Positions 39,792 to 49,853 of a DNA stretch of 64,000 nt are shown here, one piece after another. Under the pieces are notes generated by a model, which was given only the letters and a program-made list of their open reading frames with translations, was not told the DNA's origin and made no database searches. The DNA lies in contig CAXXUA010000006.1 of the NCBI GenBank assembly GCA_963663765.2, positions 96,001 through 160,000 of the forward strand, read 5' to 3'. The stretch comes from Candidatus Poribacteria bacterium. GTDB taxonomy: Bacteria > Poribacteria > WGA-4E > WGA-3G. The translations under genes were made by a program, and so were the position numbers. Each line of letters opens with the position of its first letter. The first letter of the stretch is position 1.

Positions 39792-42180
39792 CTAATCCAG
39801 TGTCAAAGGTATATCTAATGTCTCAGGCAGCAAGCACGATGTTTCGTTACACGCTTGGTAGTTTAGCTTCAATACGATCTGTTTCTCTTTCTTGACATTT
39901 GCATTGGTTTTCTGTTTTAACTTCACTGAGATCGTAATGGTCTTATCATATACCTTCAAAGTCTCATCACTGAACTCAAACTGAACCGACTTACCTATCG
40001 GATACTTCACTTCAGCAATCTCAAGCGGTGCGTCTTCTGCAACGGTGACGGTAGTAGGAATTAGGTTAACTTGACTTGCAGGATTAGCATTTATATGCCA
40101 ACCATCAGCGACTTTTACTTTTAATTCCACCTGAATCGGCATGCTCCCTTTAGCTGATATTATATTTGCATTTGCGGTTACATGTGATTGCTTTGATACT
40201 TTCTCATCCATATCCAAATTAATGTAACCAATAAATGCATAAAGCATGTGGATAAAAGAAGATGGAGTTTCTTTCATCCCTTGTGCAAAACTCCGAAGTG
40301 TCTTTTCCACATAAGGTTTATAGTCTGTATCTACTTCACTTTCCATCAACATCAAGAGATTATTGACAGCCACTGCATTTCCCGAAGGAATAGCAGTGTC
40401 ATGCGGTTTTTTTGTACGGACGATCAGCTGCTTTGCATCTGTCCTTAGTATAAAAGAAACCACCATGCTTTTCGTCCCAAAAGAGTTCAATCATCTTATC
40501 CGTAAGTGTTTTTGCTTGGTTCAACCATGTTTTGTTCCCAGTTGCGTTATATATTCCTAACAGACCACGTACGAAAAACGCGTAATCATCAAGAAATGCA
40601 TCATATTTCACTACACCCGCAGTCAAACTATGCCATAACTCACCATTCGGTTGCATCATTCTGTTAAGGATAAAATGTGCAGCTTCTGATGCTGTGGTCA
40701 AATACTTTTCCTCACCTAATACCTCATATCCATAAGCAAGTGCATCTATCATCAGACCGTTCCAACTGACAATCACTTTCGTATCAAGCAACGGACGTTC
40801 ACGTTCATACCGCGCAGCCAACAGTTCTTCACGCGCAGATTTCATTGTGTTGAGTCTTGTTTCAACCTTGTTACCTTCCGGCACGTAGATTATATTCTTA
40901 CCTTCAAAATTTGGACCCTTTTCTATACCGTAAATTGTAGCAAAAGTCTTGTAGACATCTTTAGATAACACATCTTTTATTTCATCCGCTGTCCAAACAT
41001 AATACTTGCCTTCCTCTGCATCTGTTTCTGCATCCAGCGCAGAATAGAAACCACCTTCAGCAGAAGTCATCTCTCGTGCAACAAAACTGAATATCTCCTC
41101 GGCAATGCGTCTGCACCGCTGTTTCTTGCTCATCTGGTACGTTTGAAGATAAATCTTAGACAATTGCGCATTGTCATATAGCATCTTCTCAAAGTGCGGG
41201 ACAAGCCACTTCGCATCTACCGAATATCTATGAAAACCACCACCAATTTGGTCATAAATCCCGCCATACGCCATCATATCCAATGTGTGCATCACCATCT
41301 TCAACAGGGATTCGTCTACTAGCGGTTTCTCATTCTGCTGAGTCGTATCCAACTTCTTCTTCTTTAATCTGTCATCAGATTGACCAGATTGCCTTTGATA
41401 TTCTCGCAACAAGAACTCCAGATTAGCAGGACTCGGAAATTTAGGCGCTGTGTCAAATCCACCATAAGCATGACTGTAACTGGATTTAAGATACGCAACT
41501 GCAGCAGTTATAACTGAGGAATCAAGCTGCTTTGTAGCAAGATAAGTGAAACCTTTACTTGAAACCATTTCAATAAATCCTGTCAGTTGATTCTCTGCTT
41601 CTACCACTTCTGCTTCACGTGTAACCCATGCTTCATGCACCGCATTTAAGACAGTTGGAAATCCAGGTCTATTCGGCATATCAGTCGGCGGGAAATATGT
41701 ACCAGCATAAAACGGTTTAAGGTCAGGCGTAAGAAATACAGAATTTGGCCATCCACCGCGCTGTGTCAACAATTGCGTAGCTGTCATATAAATTTCGTCT
41801 AAATCCGGACGTTCTTCTCTGTCAATTTTAATATTGATGAAGTGCTTGTTCATCTGCGCCGCTATCTCAGGATTTGAAAAAACCTTACGCTCCATCACAT
41901 GACACCAATAACACGTGGAATACCCCACAGACAGAAAGATGAGCTTGTGTTCTTTCTTAGCTCGTGCCAATGCTTCATCATCCCACGGATACCAGTCAAC
42001 AGGATTGTGTGCATGAAGCAGCAAATATGGACTTGTTTCATCAATCAACCGATTCGTCCATTTCCAAGTACCATCAGCATTCTTTAGCACGTCTTCGTCA
42101 GCATACGTACATAATGTTAGATGCAACAGAATTAAACATAATAGAAATTTCCGTACAGTGTCATTCATAATTTTCTCCAA
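39792..42180 (-). pseudogene. YyaL/SPATA20-like thioredoxin-domain protein with a C-terminal DsbD-N-like domain; frameshift near 40440-40445
   Basis: [40 protein letters not shown]; GGFFYTK continues as [20 protein letters not shown] in another frame; GWHINAN, YQACNETSCL. Confidence 0.85.
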
Positions 42181-43296
42181 TTATTGTACAAGCGCCCTTT
42201 GTGCTTTCACACGTCCTGTTTCTGTAAGCGTCAGTTGCGATGCATCCTGTAACACATATCTATTGTTCAACGCATTATTGACGACCCGGGCAGCAAATGT
42301 CGGTTCCCATTGCAAGTGTTCGTGAAGATGTGCTATCTCAGACTCCTCTTTTGCTTCCGGTAACCCTTCATGGTTAAAAAGATGGATTACAAGCATAGTT
42401 TGCGCAAACTCCCACTTCTGACGAATATGTCGACGCGCTATGGATACAAGACCACGATTCGGGACAACCAATAATACAAGAATAAAAACAAGCAATGTCA
42501 CTGACGCAATAGTACCTGCAATAGACACATCCAGAAAAATGGATAACCAATAACCACAGACAGCATTTATACTTCCAATAACAACACTAAGAATAAGCAT
42601 ACGCGTAAGACTGTCAGTCATCAAATACGCAGTTGCTGGTGGACCTACAATCAGTGCAACAACCAGAATTGAACCGACCGCATCAAATGCACCTACAGTT
42701 GTCATGGACACCAAAGCCATCAACCCATAATGTATTAGTGTCGGGGCAAAACCAAATGTTGCAGCTAAACTCGCATCAAACGTTGCCAACTTCAGCTCTT
42801 TGTAAAAAACAAGAATAAAAACTACGTTAAGAACCAGCATAAAACCCATGACATAAAGTGATACAGGACCTATCTCTTTACCATTGATTTCAAGTTGGTT
42901 TAATGGCGCAAGTGCAAGCTCGCCAAGTAGAACCGCATCTATATCTAAATGAACGTTTTTTGTGTACCTTGAGATTAGAATTACACCGATGCTAAATAGA
43001 GCAGGAAATGTTAATCCAATCGCAGCATCCTCTTGCAGCAATTTAGTTTTTTGTAATAACTCAACAAAAATAACCGTAAGGATCCCCATTGTAGTCGCAG
43101 CAAGTATAAGCAATGGTGACGAAACACTATGCGTAAGAAAAAACGCAAGAACAATTCCAGGTAGAATCGCATGGCTAATCGCATCACTCATCAACGTCAT
43201 CCTACGTAAAACCAAAAAAACTCCCGGAAGAGCACACGCTGATGCAGTAACAATCGCAATAATAGCTGTAAAAAAGTTAATGTTTTCTGTTATCAT
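42181..43296 (-). CDS. Mn/Zn/Fe ABC transporter permease (TroD/MntD-like)
   Basis: GVFLVLRRMTLMSDAISHAILPG, FYKELKLATFD, VGSILVVAL. Confidence 0.92.
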   Translation of the reverse strand: MITENINFFTAIIAIVTASACALPGVFLVLRRMTLMSDAISHAILPGIVLAFFLTHSVSSPLLILAATTMGILTVIFVELLQKTKLLQEDAAIGLTFPALFSIGVILISRYTKNVHLDIDAVLLGELALAPLNQLEINGKEIGPVSLYVMGFMLVLNVVFILVFYKELKLATFDASLAATFGFAPTLIHYGLMALVSMTTVGAFDAVGSILVVALIVGPPATAYLMTDSLTRMLILSVVIGSINAVCGYWLSIFLDVSIAGTIASVTLLVFILVLLVVPNRGLVSIARRHIRQKWEFAQTMLVIHLFNHEGLPEAKEESEIAHLHEHLQWEPTFAARVVNNALNNRYVLQDASQLTLTETGRVKAQRALVQ

Positions 43297-44242
43297 TATC
43301 TTCTATTCGGTTATTGACAGATACCGATCCAACTAATCTATTGTTAGTTAACTTAAAACTACGTCTATTTCTACGTTGTTTTATACTATTCCACAATAGA
43401 CCTCGATTCGGTGCAAATGCAATGGAAAACACTACCACCAAAGTAACACATAATATAATTGTCGGACCAGTCGGAATACCTAACGCAGTACTACTGATAT
43501 AAGTACCAACCACACCAGAACACGCACCAAAACAACCAGCAAGCAGCATCATCAAATTGAGCCTATTCGTCCATTGCCGTGCTGCCACTGCAGGAGCAAC
43601 CAACATCGCACTCATTAACACCGCACCAACCGTCTGTAAACCGATCACTATCGCAATCACAAGTAAACTTGTCAAGACTATATCAAGAATACGTGTCGGT
43701 AACCCAATTGATGCAGCGAAACCTACATCAAATGCAAGGAGTTTTAACTCCTTCCAAAAAAGAAAGGTAATTAATAGCGCAAAGCCACCAAGAACCCCAA
43801 TCGTGACAACATCTCGCTGCAGCAAAGTCGCTGCTTGACCAAAGATAAAGGTATCTAAACCCGCCTGATTTGCAAGTCCTTGACGTTGTATCCAAGTCAG
43901 CAACACTAAACCGAAACCGAAGAACGTTGACAAAACAATTCCCAGCGCACTATCATATTTGATACGTGTGAGTCTTACAATACTCAGTATAAACAGGGTG
44001 CCAATCCATCCCGCTATCGCCGCACCAAGAACCAGAATCAGCGGGGTCTTACTCCCAGTCAATATAAACGCAATCGCAATACCAGGAAGAGACGCATGTG
44101 AGATCGCATCACCAAGCAGACTCTGCCGACGCAATACTGCATAAGTACCAAGCGCACCACTGATCGCACCCAGTAAAGCTGCACCGATAGACACAACCAT
44201 CAACGTATAATCAAAACGTATAATAAATAAAAAATCAAACAT
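43277..44242 (-). CDS. Mn/Zn/Fe ABC transporter permease (TroC/MntC-like)
   Basis: LRRQSLLGDAISHASLPG, FWKELKLLAFD, GLQTVGAVLM. Confidence 0.92.
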   Translation of the reverse strand: MFDFLFIIRFDYTLMVVSIGAALLGAISGALGTYAVLRRQSLLGDAISHASLPGIAIAFILTGSKTPLILVLGAAIAGWIGTLFILSIVRLTRIKYDSALGIVLSTFFGFGLVLLTWIQRQGLANQAGLDTFIFGQAATLLQRDVVTIGVLGGFALLITFLFWKELKLLAFDVGFAASIGLPTRILDIVLTSLLVIAIVIGLQTVGAVLMSAMLVAPAVAARQWTNRLNLMMLLAGCFGACSGVVGTYISSTALGIPTGPTIILCVTLVVVFSIAFAPNRGLLWNSIKQRRNRRSFKLTNNRLVGSVSVNNRIEDNDNRKH

Positions 44243-44294
44243 GTCTTTAGGAGAAAATCAAAATCATGAATAGGAATCTAAACGAATAACTGTA

Positions 44295-44920
44295 TAGGAC
44301 TTACACACTGAAAGGTAAGCGCGCTTTCTAAGCGCGCTGGAAACCTAAAATACTGAAAATTATACCAATTCAAATAAATCTTGTCTCATAAAGGAATTCT
44401 ACTGTTTACTGGCAGGCGGTTACCCTCTTCGGTAGGAGCGACCTCACGGTCGCGACCGGGAGGTCGCTCCTACCAGATTTCCGCGGGTGTGTAAAGTTTT
44501 TGTAGAAACCCAGATTTTAAAAGAAGTCCGTCCAGTTTCTATTATAGTTTACTTGACGTTAGGGAACTGTGGACATCGTAGGGGCGAGGTTTCCTCGCCC
44601 GCGAAAAACTTCTGTTCGGGCGGGGAGACCCCGTCCCTACGTCCAGTAACCAAAACTTTACACACCCGATTTCCGCTGCTAATGGGACATTATCACATGG
44701 AAATGGTATAATACCAATTCAAATAAATCTTGTCTCATAAAGGAATTCTACTGTTTACTGGCAGGCGGTTACTCTCTTCGGTAGGAGCGACCTCACGGTC
44801 GCGACCGGGAGGTCGCTCCTACCAGATTTCCGCTGCTAATGAGACATTATCACATGGAAATGGTATTAATTCATTTTCGTCATAATTCATGATTAAATCA
44901 TGAAAACTGCGTATGTCCTT
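44295..44920. mobile_element. Nested MITE stack: IS701-type MITE > TACCA MITE dimer (44363-44708, 44712-44865) > 183-bp GGGTGTGTAAAG MITE
   Basis: Degenerate outer TIRs taggacttacaca / tgcgtatgtcctt; inner lengths add up (154+183+9=346). Confidence 0.85.
44485..44667. mobile_element. 183-bp MITE with GGGTGTGTAAAGTTTT TIR
   Basis: 9-bp TSD GATTTCCGC; internal GTAGGGGCG...GTCCCTAC REP-like pair; orphan end near 49541-49558. Confidence 0.9.
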
Positions 44921-44928
44921 TTATATTA

Positions 44929-45669
44929 TCAATTCTTAATAAATGCAATACGTCCACCGTAAGTCTCACGCAAATTATCTGACGTAAAAGTCTCTTCAAC
45001 AGGACCACTGGCAATACGCCTAATATTTAATAGCATCACCCAATCGAAATAATCTGTCACCGTTTGCAAATCATGATGCACAACAACAACAGTCTTACCG
45101 TTCTCTCGGAGTTCCTGTAGTAACGCAATAATTGCACGTTCAGTTGTCGCATCAACACCCTGAAACGGTTCATCCATCAAATAAATAGTCGCATCTTGAA
45201 CAAGAGCACGCGCCAAAAATACACGCTGCTGCTGTCCACCAGAAAGTTGGCTTATCTGACGTGTAATATACTTCTCCATACCAACTTTCTCAATGGCTTG
45301 CATCGCTAATTCGCGATCCGGCTTTCCAGGACGTCTTACCCAACCAAGTGCCCCATATCTTCCCATCATCACGACATCAAGCACATTTGTCGGAAAATCC
45401 CAGTCTACACTACCACGTTGCGGAACATAGCCAACAATCTTTCGCTGAACAGCATAAGGTTTATTATATATTAAAACATTCCCCGCTGCAGGACGCACTA
45501 AACCTAATATCGCTTTGATCAACGTTGTCTTCCCCGCACCATTCGGACCAACGATGGATAAAAGCACTCCCGGAGGCACATCAAGATCTATGTCCCACAA
45601 TACAGGTGTTTCTCGATATGCAACGGTAAGATCTGTTACCTGAATAGCTTGTGTTTCTTGGGTTTGCAA
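44929..45669 (-). CDS. Metal ABC transporter ATPase (TroB/MntB-like)
   Basis: [41 protein letters not shown]. Confidence 0.95.
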   Translation of the reverse strand: MQTQETQAIQVTDLTVAYRETPVLWDIDLDVPPGVLLSIVGPNGAGKTTLIKAILGLVRPAAGNVLIYNKPYAVQRKIVGYVPQRGSVDWDFPTNVLDVVMMGRYGALGWVRRPGKPDRELAMQAIEKVGMEKYITRQISQLSGGQQQRVFLARALVQDATIYLMDEPFQGVDATTERAIIALLQELRENGKTVVVVHHDLQTVTDYFDWVMLLNIRRIASGPVEETFTSDNLRETYGGRIAFIKN

Positions 45670-45671
45670 TT

Positions 45672-46673
45672 CTAATCTTCCTCTGTTACAGATAGTTCTC
45701 TGGTCAATCCTCTGACAATTGTATCAATGTTACTCCGAATCATACCGATATAAGTACCCTCAGGAGTTCCTTCATTTCCCATCGCATCCGAATAAAGTGG
45801 GGCACCAAGTTCTACTTCAAAACCTTTCGCATTCACAGCGGCTTTCACCGCATCAATCTTACGTGTAGATACTGATGTTTCTACAAAAATAGTGGGTATA
45901 CGCTTTTCTACTATATAGATCGCTAAATTTTGTACATCTGCAATACTCGCTTCAGTCGATGTACTTATGCCTTGTAAACCGCGTACCCTAAAACCATAAG
46001 CACTACCAAAGTAGTTAAATGCATCATGTGCTGTCACAAGCACGCGTTGTTCTGTTGGAATAAGTTCTGTCTGAGTTCTTACATACTTATCCAATTCCGA
46101 TAATTTCGCAAGATAAGCTTCAGCATTCTTCTGATACACTGACTTATCATCTGGATGATTCTTGCACAAAGTATCCCGAACTTTTTCCACTGCCTTCATC
46201 CATAGAGACACATCAAACCAAACATGTGGGTCATACTGTCCCTCAAATTCATCAGGTTTTAGAAGGCGCACTCTGTCAATACCGTCTGTCACCGCAACGG
46301 TTTGTATATCACCTGACATCTTCGCAAGCACACCACCCATTCTCGCTTCAAGATGTAAACCATTATAAAAAACTATATCAGCGGAACTCAATGTCTGAAT
46401 ATCTTTAGGTGTCGTTTTATAGTAATGCGGATCAACGCCAGCACCCATCATCCCTATCACTTCAACCTTATCACCAGCCACATTCTTGACAATATCTGTT
46501 ATCATACCAATAGTACATACAACACGAATTTTGCCATCCTTTGAACCATCTGTAGACTGGTTTGAATTACATCCAATAATTATCAAAATGACGAATAGAA
46601 ATAGTGAAATATACACTAAATTTGTTACAGATGTAAATGTATCAATAATCCGATTCAATAATTTACTTGGCAT
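45672..46673 (-). CDS. Metal ABC transporter substrate-binding lipoprotein (TroA/MntA-like)
   Basis: IIGC lipobox; GVDPH, YNGLHLE, DPHVW, TAHDAF.YF, LYSDAMG. Confidence 0.95.
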   Translation of the reverse strand: MPSKLLNRIIDTFTSVTNLVYISLFLFVILIIIGCNSNQSTDGSKDGKIRVVCTIGMITDIVKNVAGDKVEVIGMMGAGVDPHYYKTTPKDIQTLSSADIVFYNGLHLEARMGGVLAKMSGDIQTVAVTDGIDRVRLLKPDEFEGQYDPHVWFDVSLWMKAVEKVRDTLCKNHPDDKSVYQKNAEAYLAKLSELDKYVRTQTELIPTEQRVLVTAHDAFNYFGSAYGFRVRGLQGISTSTEASIADVQNLAIYIVEKRIPTIFVETSVSTRKIDAVKAAVNAKGFEVELGAPLYSDAMGNEGTPEGTYIGMIRSNIDTIVRGLTRELSVTEED

Positions 46674-46691
46674 TATATATCCTTTATCAAA

Positions 46692-46849
46692 CAGGACTTA
46701 CGCACCCAACGGTAGGCGGTGAATGCCTAAATGGCATTCATACCGTTGATTTGGTGCTTTGTAAGCGCGCTGGAAACCGAAAATATGCTGAAAATTACAC
46801 CATTTTCGTCATAATTCTTCATCAAACCATGAAAACTGCGTAAGTCCTG
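46692..46849. mobile_element. IS701-type MITE
   Basis: Perfect TIRs caggacttacgca / tgcgtaagtcctg; TSD TCAAA/TAAAA (1 mismatch). Confidence 0.88.
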
Positions 46850-46856
46850 TAAAAAA

Positions 46857-48008
46857 TCAATTGACTAAAAAGTAGGTTAATACATAACGTTCCAAAAGTT
46901 CACCAACAAGAAATCCAAATCCCGCAACACCTAAACCTACAACAAACATATCAATACCACTCCGAAATAATCCGCGACCAGTAAATAGACTTCGCGCAGC
47001 ACCAACAATAAAATGCGATAACATCGCAATAGAGAACGAAATCCAGATAGCTGTTCCCACTGGAAAAAACAAAAACGGAGCTACAGGTATAAATGCTCCA
47101 ATCGCAGTAGACAAACCTGTTATCCAGCCTTCTCTAATAGGCGTAGAGTGAGTCTTGCCAATTTTCAACTCAGACTGTATCTTCTCCTCTAAGGCTCTTT
47201 CAGGATCACTCATCACCTCTTCAGCAAGTTGACGGGCATGTTCTTTTGGAATACCACGCATTGTATAAATCAAGGTTAACTCATCCTTTTCAATCTCCGG
47301 CATAAGCATGATCTCATCTTTTTCTATCTCAATTTCATGGTCATATACCTCCTGTTCACTCTTCGCTGCAAGGTATCCAGATGCACCCATAGAAAGAGAA
47401 TCTGCTACCGTACCAACTATACCCCCCACAAGGATTTGAGATATATCTGATGTAGCAGCAACAATCCCCGCAAGTAAACCGAAATTCGCAGTCAAACCGT
47501 CATTAAATCCATAGATGATATTCCCAAGCGTCCCACCAGATTCCGTCCTGTGCCACGGTTCATCACCAGTACCCGTCAATACCTGCAAACTCTCTGTATG
47601 TAATGCCGAATCTTTTGCTAAATCCAATGCTGTTTCTTTAGCATCCTCCAAAGTGCTATTTTTGTACAACGTAAGGTAATCTTTCACCTCATTCGCTTCT
47701 TCAGATAACATGCGAGATAGCGGAAATTTCCTATCAACGTTACGAGCATACCACGCCAACAATCTCGCTTTGATAGTCGGACGTTGCTTCTTAATCTTTA
47801 TATCGTAGGAAGTCAGAATCTCCAACCAGCGCGCTACATGCCGATTCTCTACTTCAGCAAGCTCAAGTAAAATATCTTTACGATCCGGTTCAGGTTCAAG
47901 GATCGCAAATTCACTATATAAGTAACTTGCATCTACTTCATCTTGCAAATGGTGACACCATATTTTTTTAGTCTTGCTATCTGGTCGGTCTTGTTGCTGT
48001 TCTTCCAT
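46857..48008 (-). CDS. VIT1/CCC1-family metal transporter with an N-terminal ferritin/rubrerythrin-like domain
   Basis: DEVDA..LY, LAEVENRH; IYGFNDGLTANF, SLSMGASGYLAAKSE. Confidence 0.9.
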   Translation of the reverse strand: MEEQQQDRPDSKTKKIWCHHLQDEVDASYLYSEFAILEPEPDRKDILLELAEVENRHVARWLEILTSYDIKIKKQRPTIKARLLAWYARNVDRKFPLSRMLSEEANEVKDYLTLYKNSTLEDAKETALDLAKDSALHTESLQVLTGTGDEPWHRTESGGTLGNIIYGFNDGLTANFGLLAGIVAATSDISQILVGGIVGTVADSLSMGASGYLAAKSEQEVYDHEIEIEKDEIMLMPEIEKDELTLIYTMRGIPKEHARQLAEEVMSDPERALEEKIQSELKIGKTHSTPIREGWITGLSTAIGAFIPVAPFLFFPVGTAIWISFSIAMLSHFIVGAARSLFTGRGLFRSGIDMFVVGLGVAGFGFLVGELLERYVLTYFLVN

Positions 48009-48049
48009 TTTGAGTTCCTTATGAGGATAAGCGCGCCTTCAAAGCGCGT

Positions 48050-48721
48050 CTACACATTTACAGTTTCGTTCACATCATTTACAAAAATATTTTTCGCTAC
48101 CTCCCGTCCAATAACTGCTTGCTGTCCAGCAATATCAATTGTAAAAGGTCCATCAAATGGCGCTACTTCTATCACTCGAAATGCAGTACCAGGATAAAGA
48201 TTAAAACTACCCAGATGCCGAAGCAAGGCTGAATCGTTATCACTGACTTCAGCAACAACACAAGATTGTCCATCCTGCAGCTCAGTCATCGGAATAGAAG
48301 ATGTCTCAGGTACAATACCATTCTTATCGGGTATAGGAGAACCGTGAGGATCTTCAGTCGGGTAACCAAGAAACGCATCCATTCGCGCCTCTACTTCCTC
48401 TGAAATCACATGTTCTAACTTCTCTGCTTCCTCATGAACCCCATCCCACGGCACTCCAAGTGCCTTATATAAATAAAGTTCCAACAAACGATGATGTCGG
48501 ATAATTTCCAGCGCAATCGCTTTACCCGCTTTTGTTAAAGTAACTCCTTGATAACGTTCATGTCTTACAAGATTCATCGATTTCAACTTTTTGATCATTC
48601 CAGTTGCTGAGGCAGGTTTAACTTCAAGATATTCCGCTAATACACCCGTTGAAACTTTACCTTCTTTCTCTTGCAACTTATAAATAGACTTCAGGTAGTC
48701 TTCCGCAGCATGTGAGAGCAT
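48050..48721 (-). CDS. DtxR/IdeR/MntR-family metal-dependent repressor with a FeoA-like domain
   Basis: EDYLKSIY, IIRHHRLLELYL, VHEEAEKLEHVIS, LGYPTEDPHGSPIP. Confidence 0.95.
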   Translation of the reverse strand: MLSHAAEDYLKSIYKLQEKEGKVSTGVLAEYLEVKPASATGMIKKLKSMNLVRHERYQGVTLTKAGKAIALEIIRHHRLLELYLYKALGVPWDGVHEEAEKLEHVISEEVEARMDAFLGYPTEDPHGSPIPDKNGIVPETSSIPMTELQDGQSCVVAEVSDNDSALLRHLGSFNLYPGTAFRVIEVAPFDGPFTIDIAGQQAVIGREVAKNIFVNDVNETVNV

Positions 48722-48797
48722 TCGTTTTTCCTATCCGCAAAGAACACGCAACGCGCACCTTAATAATGCGGTTTATGGTAGATCTTACCAACCAAAG

Positions 48798-48886
48798 TTT
48801 AGGTAGTATTACTAAAAATATTTAGAATCATTGAGAATTATTTTTAGGTATAACTAAATTATAGAATAATGTCAATTTAAAGTCAA
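48798..48886 (-). promoter_or_regulatory. Promoter and candidate DtxR/MntR operators of the metal operon
   Basis: TTGACT-17 nt-TATAAT (48886-48858); palindrome TTTAGGTATAACTAAA at 48843-48858; related TTTAG-N9-CTAAA at 48798-48816. Confidence 0.7.
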
Positions 48887-49159
48887 GAAAAATTGAGATG
48901 TTTGCAGTGGTATTCAATTGTTCGAAATGGACTATTATGGGAGAGGTCTGTAACCCCGATTTCAGAGAACCAACATATCAAATAGAGGTTACATACCCTC
49001 CCACAAAGATGTATAGTGACAATTGAATACCTCTGGCTACAACGTCAGGGTTATTCAGTTATCATTTTATTGAGTAAATTCTATCACAGTTGTTAATTCT
49101 TGAGTTAGCTTATTTTTGGGAGTTAACTCATTCTTTGTCTAAACTCAAAGTTAACTGGT

Positions 49160-49464
49160 CAGGACTTACGCACCCACGGTAGGCGTGCTTTGTAAGCGCG
49201 CCCCGCACTCACCTGCACTCACCTGCAGGCGTGCTTTGTAAGCGCGCCCCCTACCTGCACTCACCTGCAGGCGTGCTTTGTAAGCGCGCCCCCCACCTGC
49301 AGGCGTGCTTTGTAAGCGCGCCCCCTACCTGCAGGCGTGCTTTGTAAGCGCGCCCCCCACCTGCAGGCGTGCTTTGTAAGCGCACCCCCCACCTGCAGGC
49401 GTGCTTTGTAAGCGCGCTGGCACAACAAGTCCAAACAGCGCACTTACAAAGCACGCCTACCGTG
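49160..49464 (+). repeat. Amplified REP-like array: seven AGGCGTGCTTTGTAAGCGC(G/A) units (mostly 32-bp period) plus one inverted copy, after a CAGGACTTACGCA end
   Basis: Units at about 49181, 49227, 49269, 49301, 49333, 49365, 49397; inverted copy 49437-49464. Confidence 0.85.
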
Positions 49465-49771
49465 TGAGAAATATTTATTACCCGTTTAATAACTTAAACT
49501 TCATACAGGACTAAAGAGAACAAAAGTTTGTACCTCTGTGCAAAAACTTTACACACCCTCGTTTTCCTTTATTGTTGCGCGGGTCTTGGATTTCTGCTAA
49601 TCTATCTAACAAGTGTTGAGAGTTTTTCTCTGGCATTTTTCACCTCAAAGGTAGGATTTTTAAGGTGAAGTATTGCAGATATGATGCAAAAATCGCGCTA
49701 TATCTGCTTTTCATAAAAATAACACTTGTGAAAAAATATGGAAAACTGAATAACCCTGCACAAAAACACCA

Positions 49772-49801
49772 TTGACAAGAAACACAACCACCATATAAAA
49801 T
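49772..49801 (+). promoter_or_regulatory. Promoter of a WD40 gene; duplicated at 59762-59791
   Basis: TTGACA-18 nt-TAAAAT identical upstream of both paralogues. Confidence 0.55.
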
Positions 49802-49853
49802 ACAATCAGATATTTGACTATCCACCAACCCAAATCACAAAAGGCAAACCAAC

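Noticed and set aside
40430-40450. Programmed ribosomal frameshift in the YyaL-like gene
   Set aside because: No slippery heptamer or homopolymer at the apparent shift point, and the break falls inside the conserved domain, so mutation or sequencing error is more likely
49181-49420. CRISPR array
   Set aside because: The intervening sequences are short (about 12-26 nt) and near-identical rather than unique spacers; the unit is a dispersed REP-like arm; no cas genes are in the window
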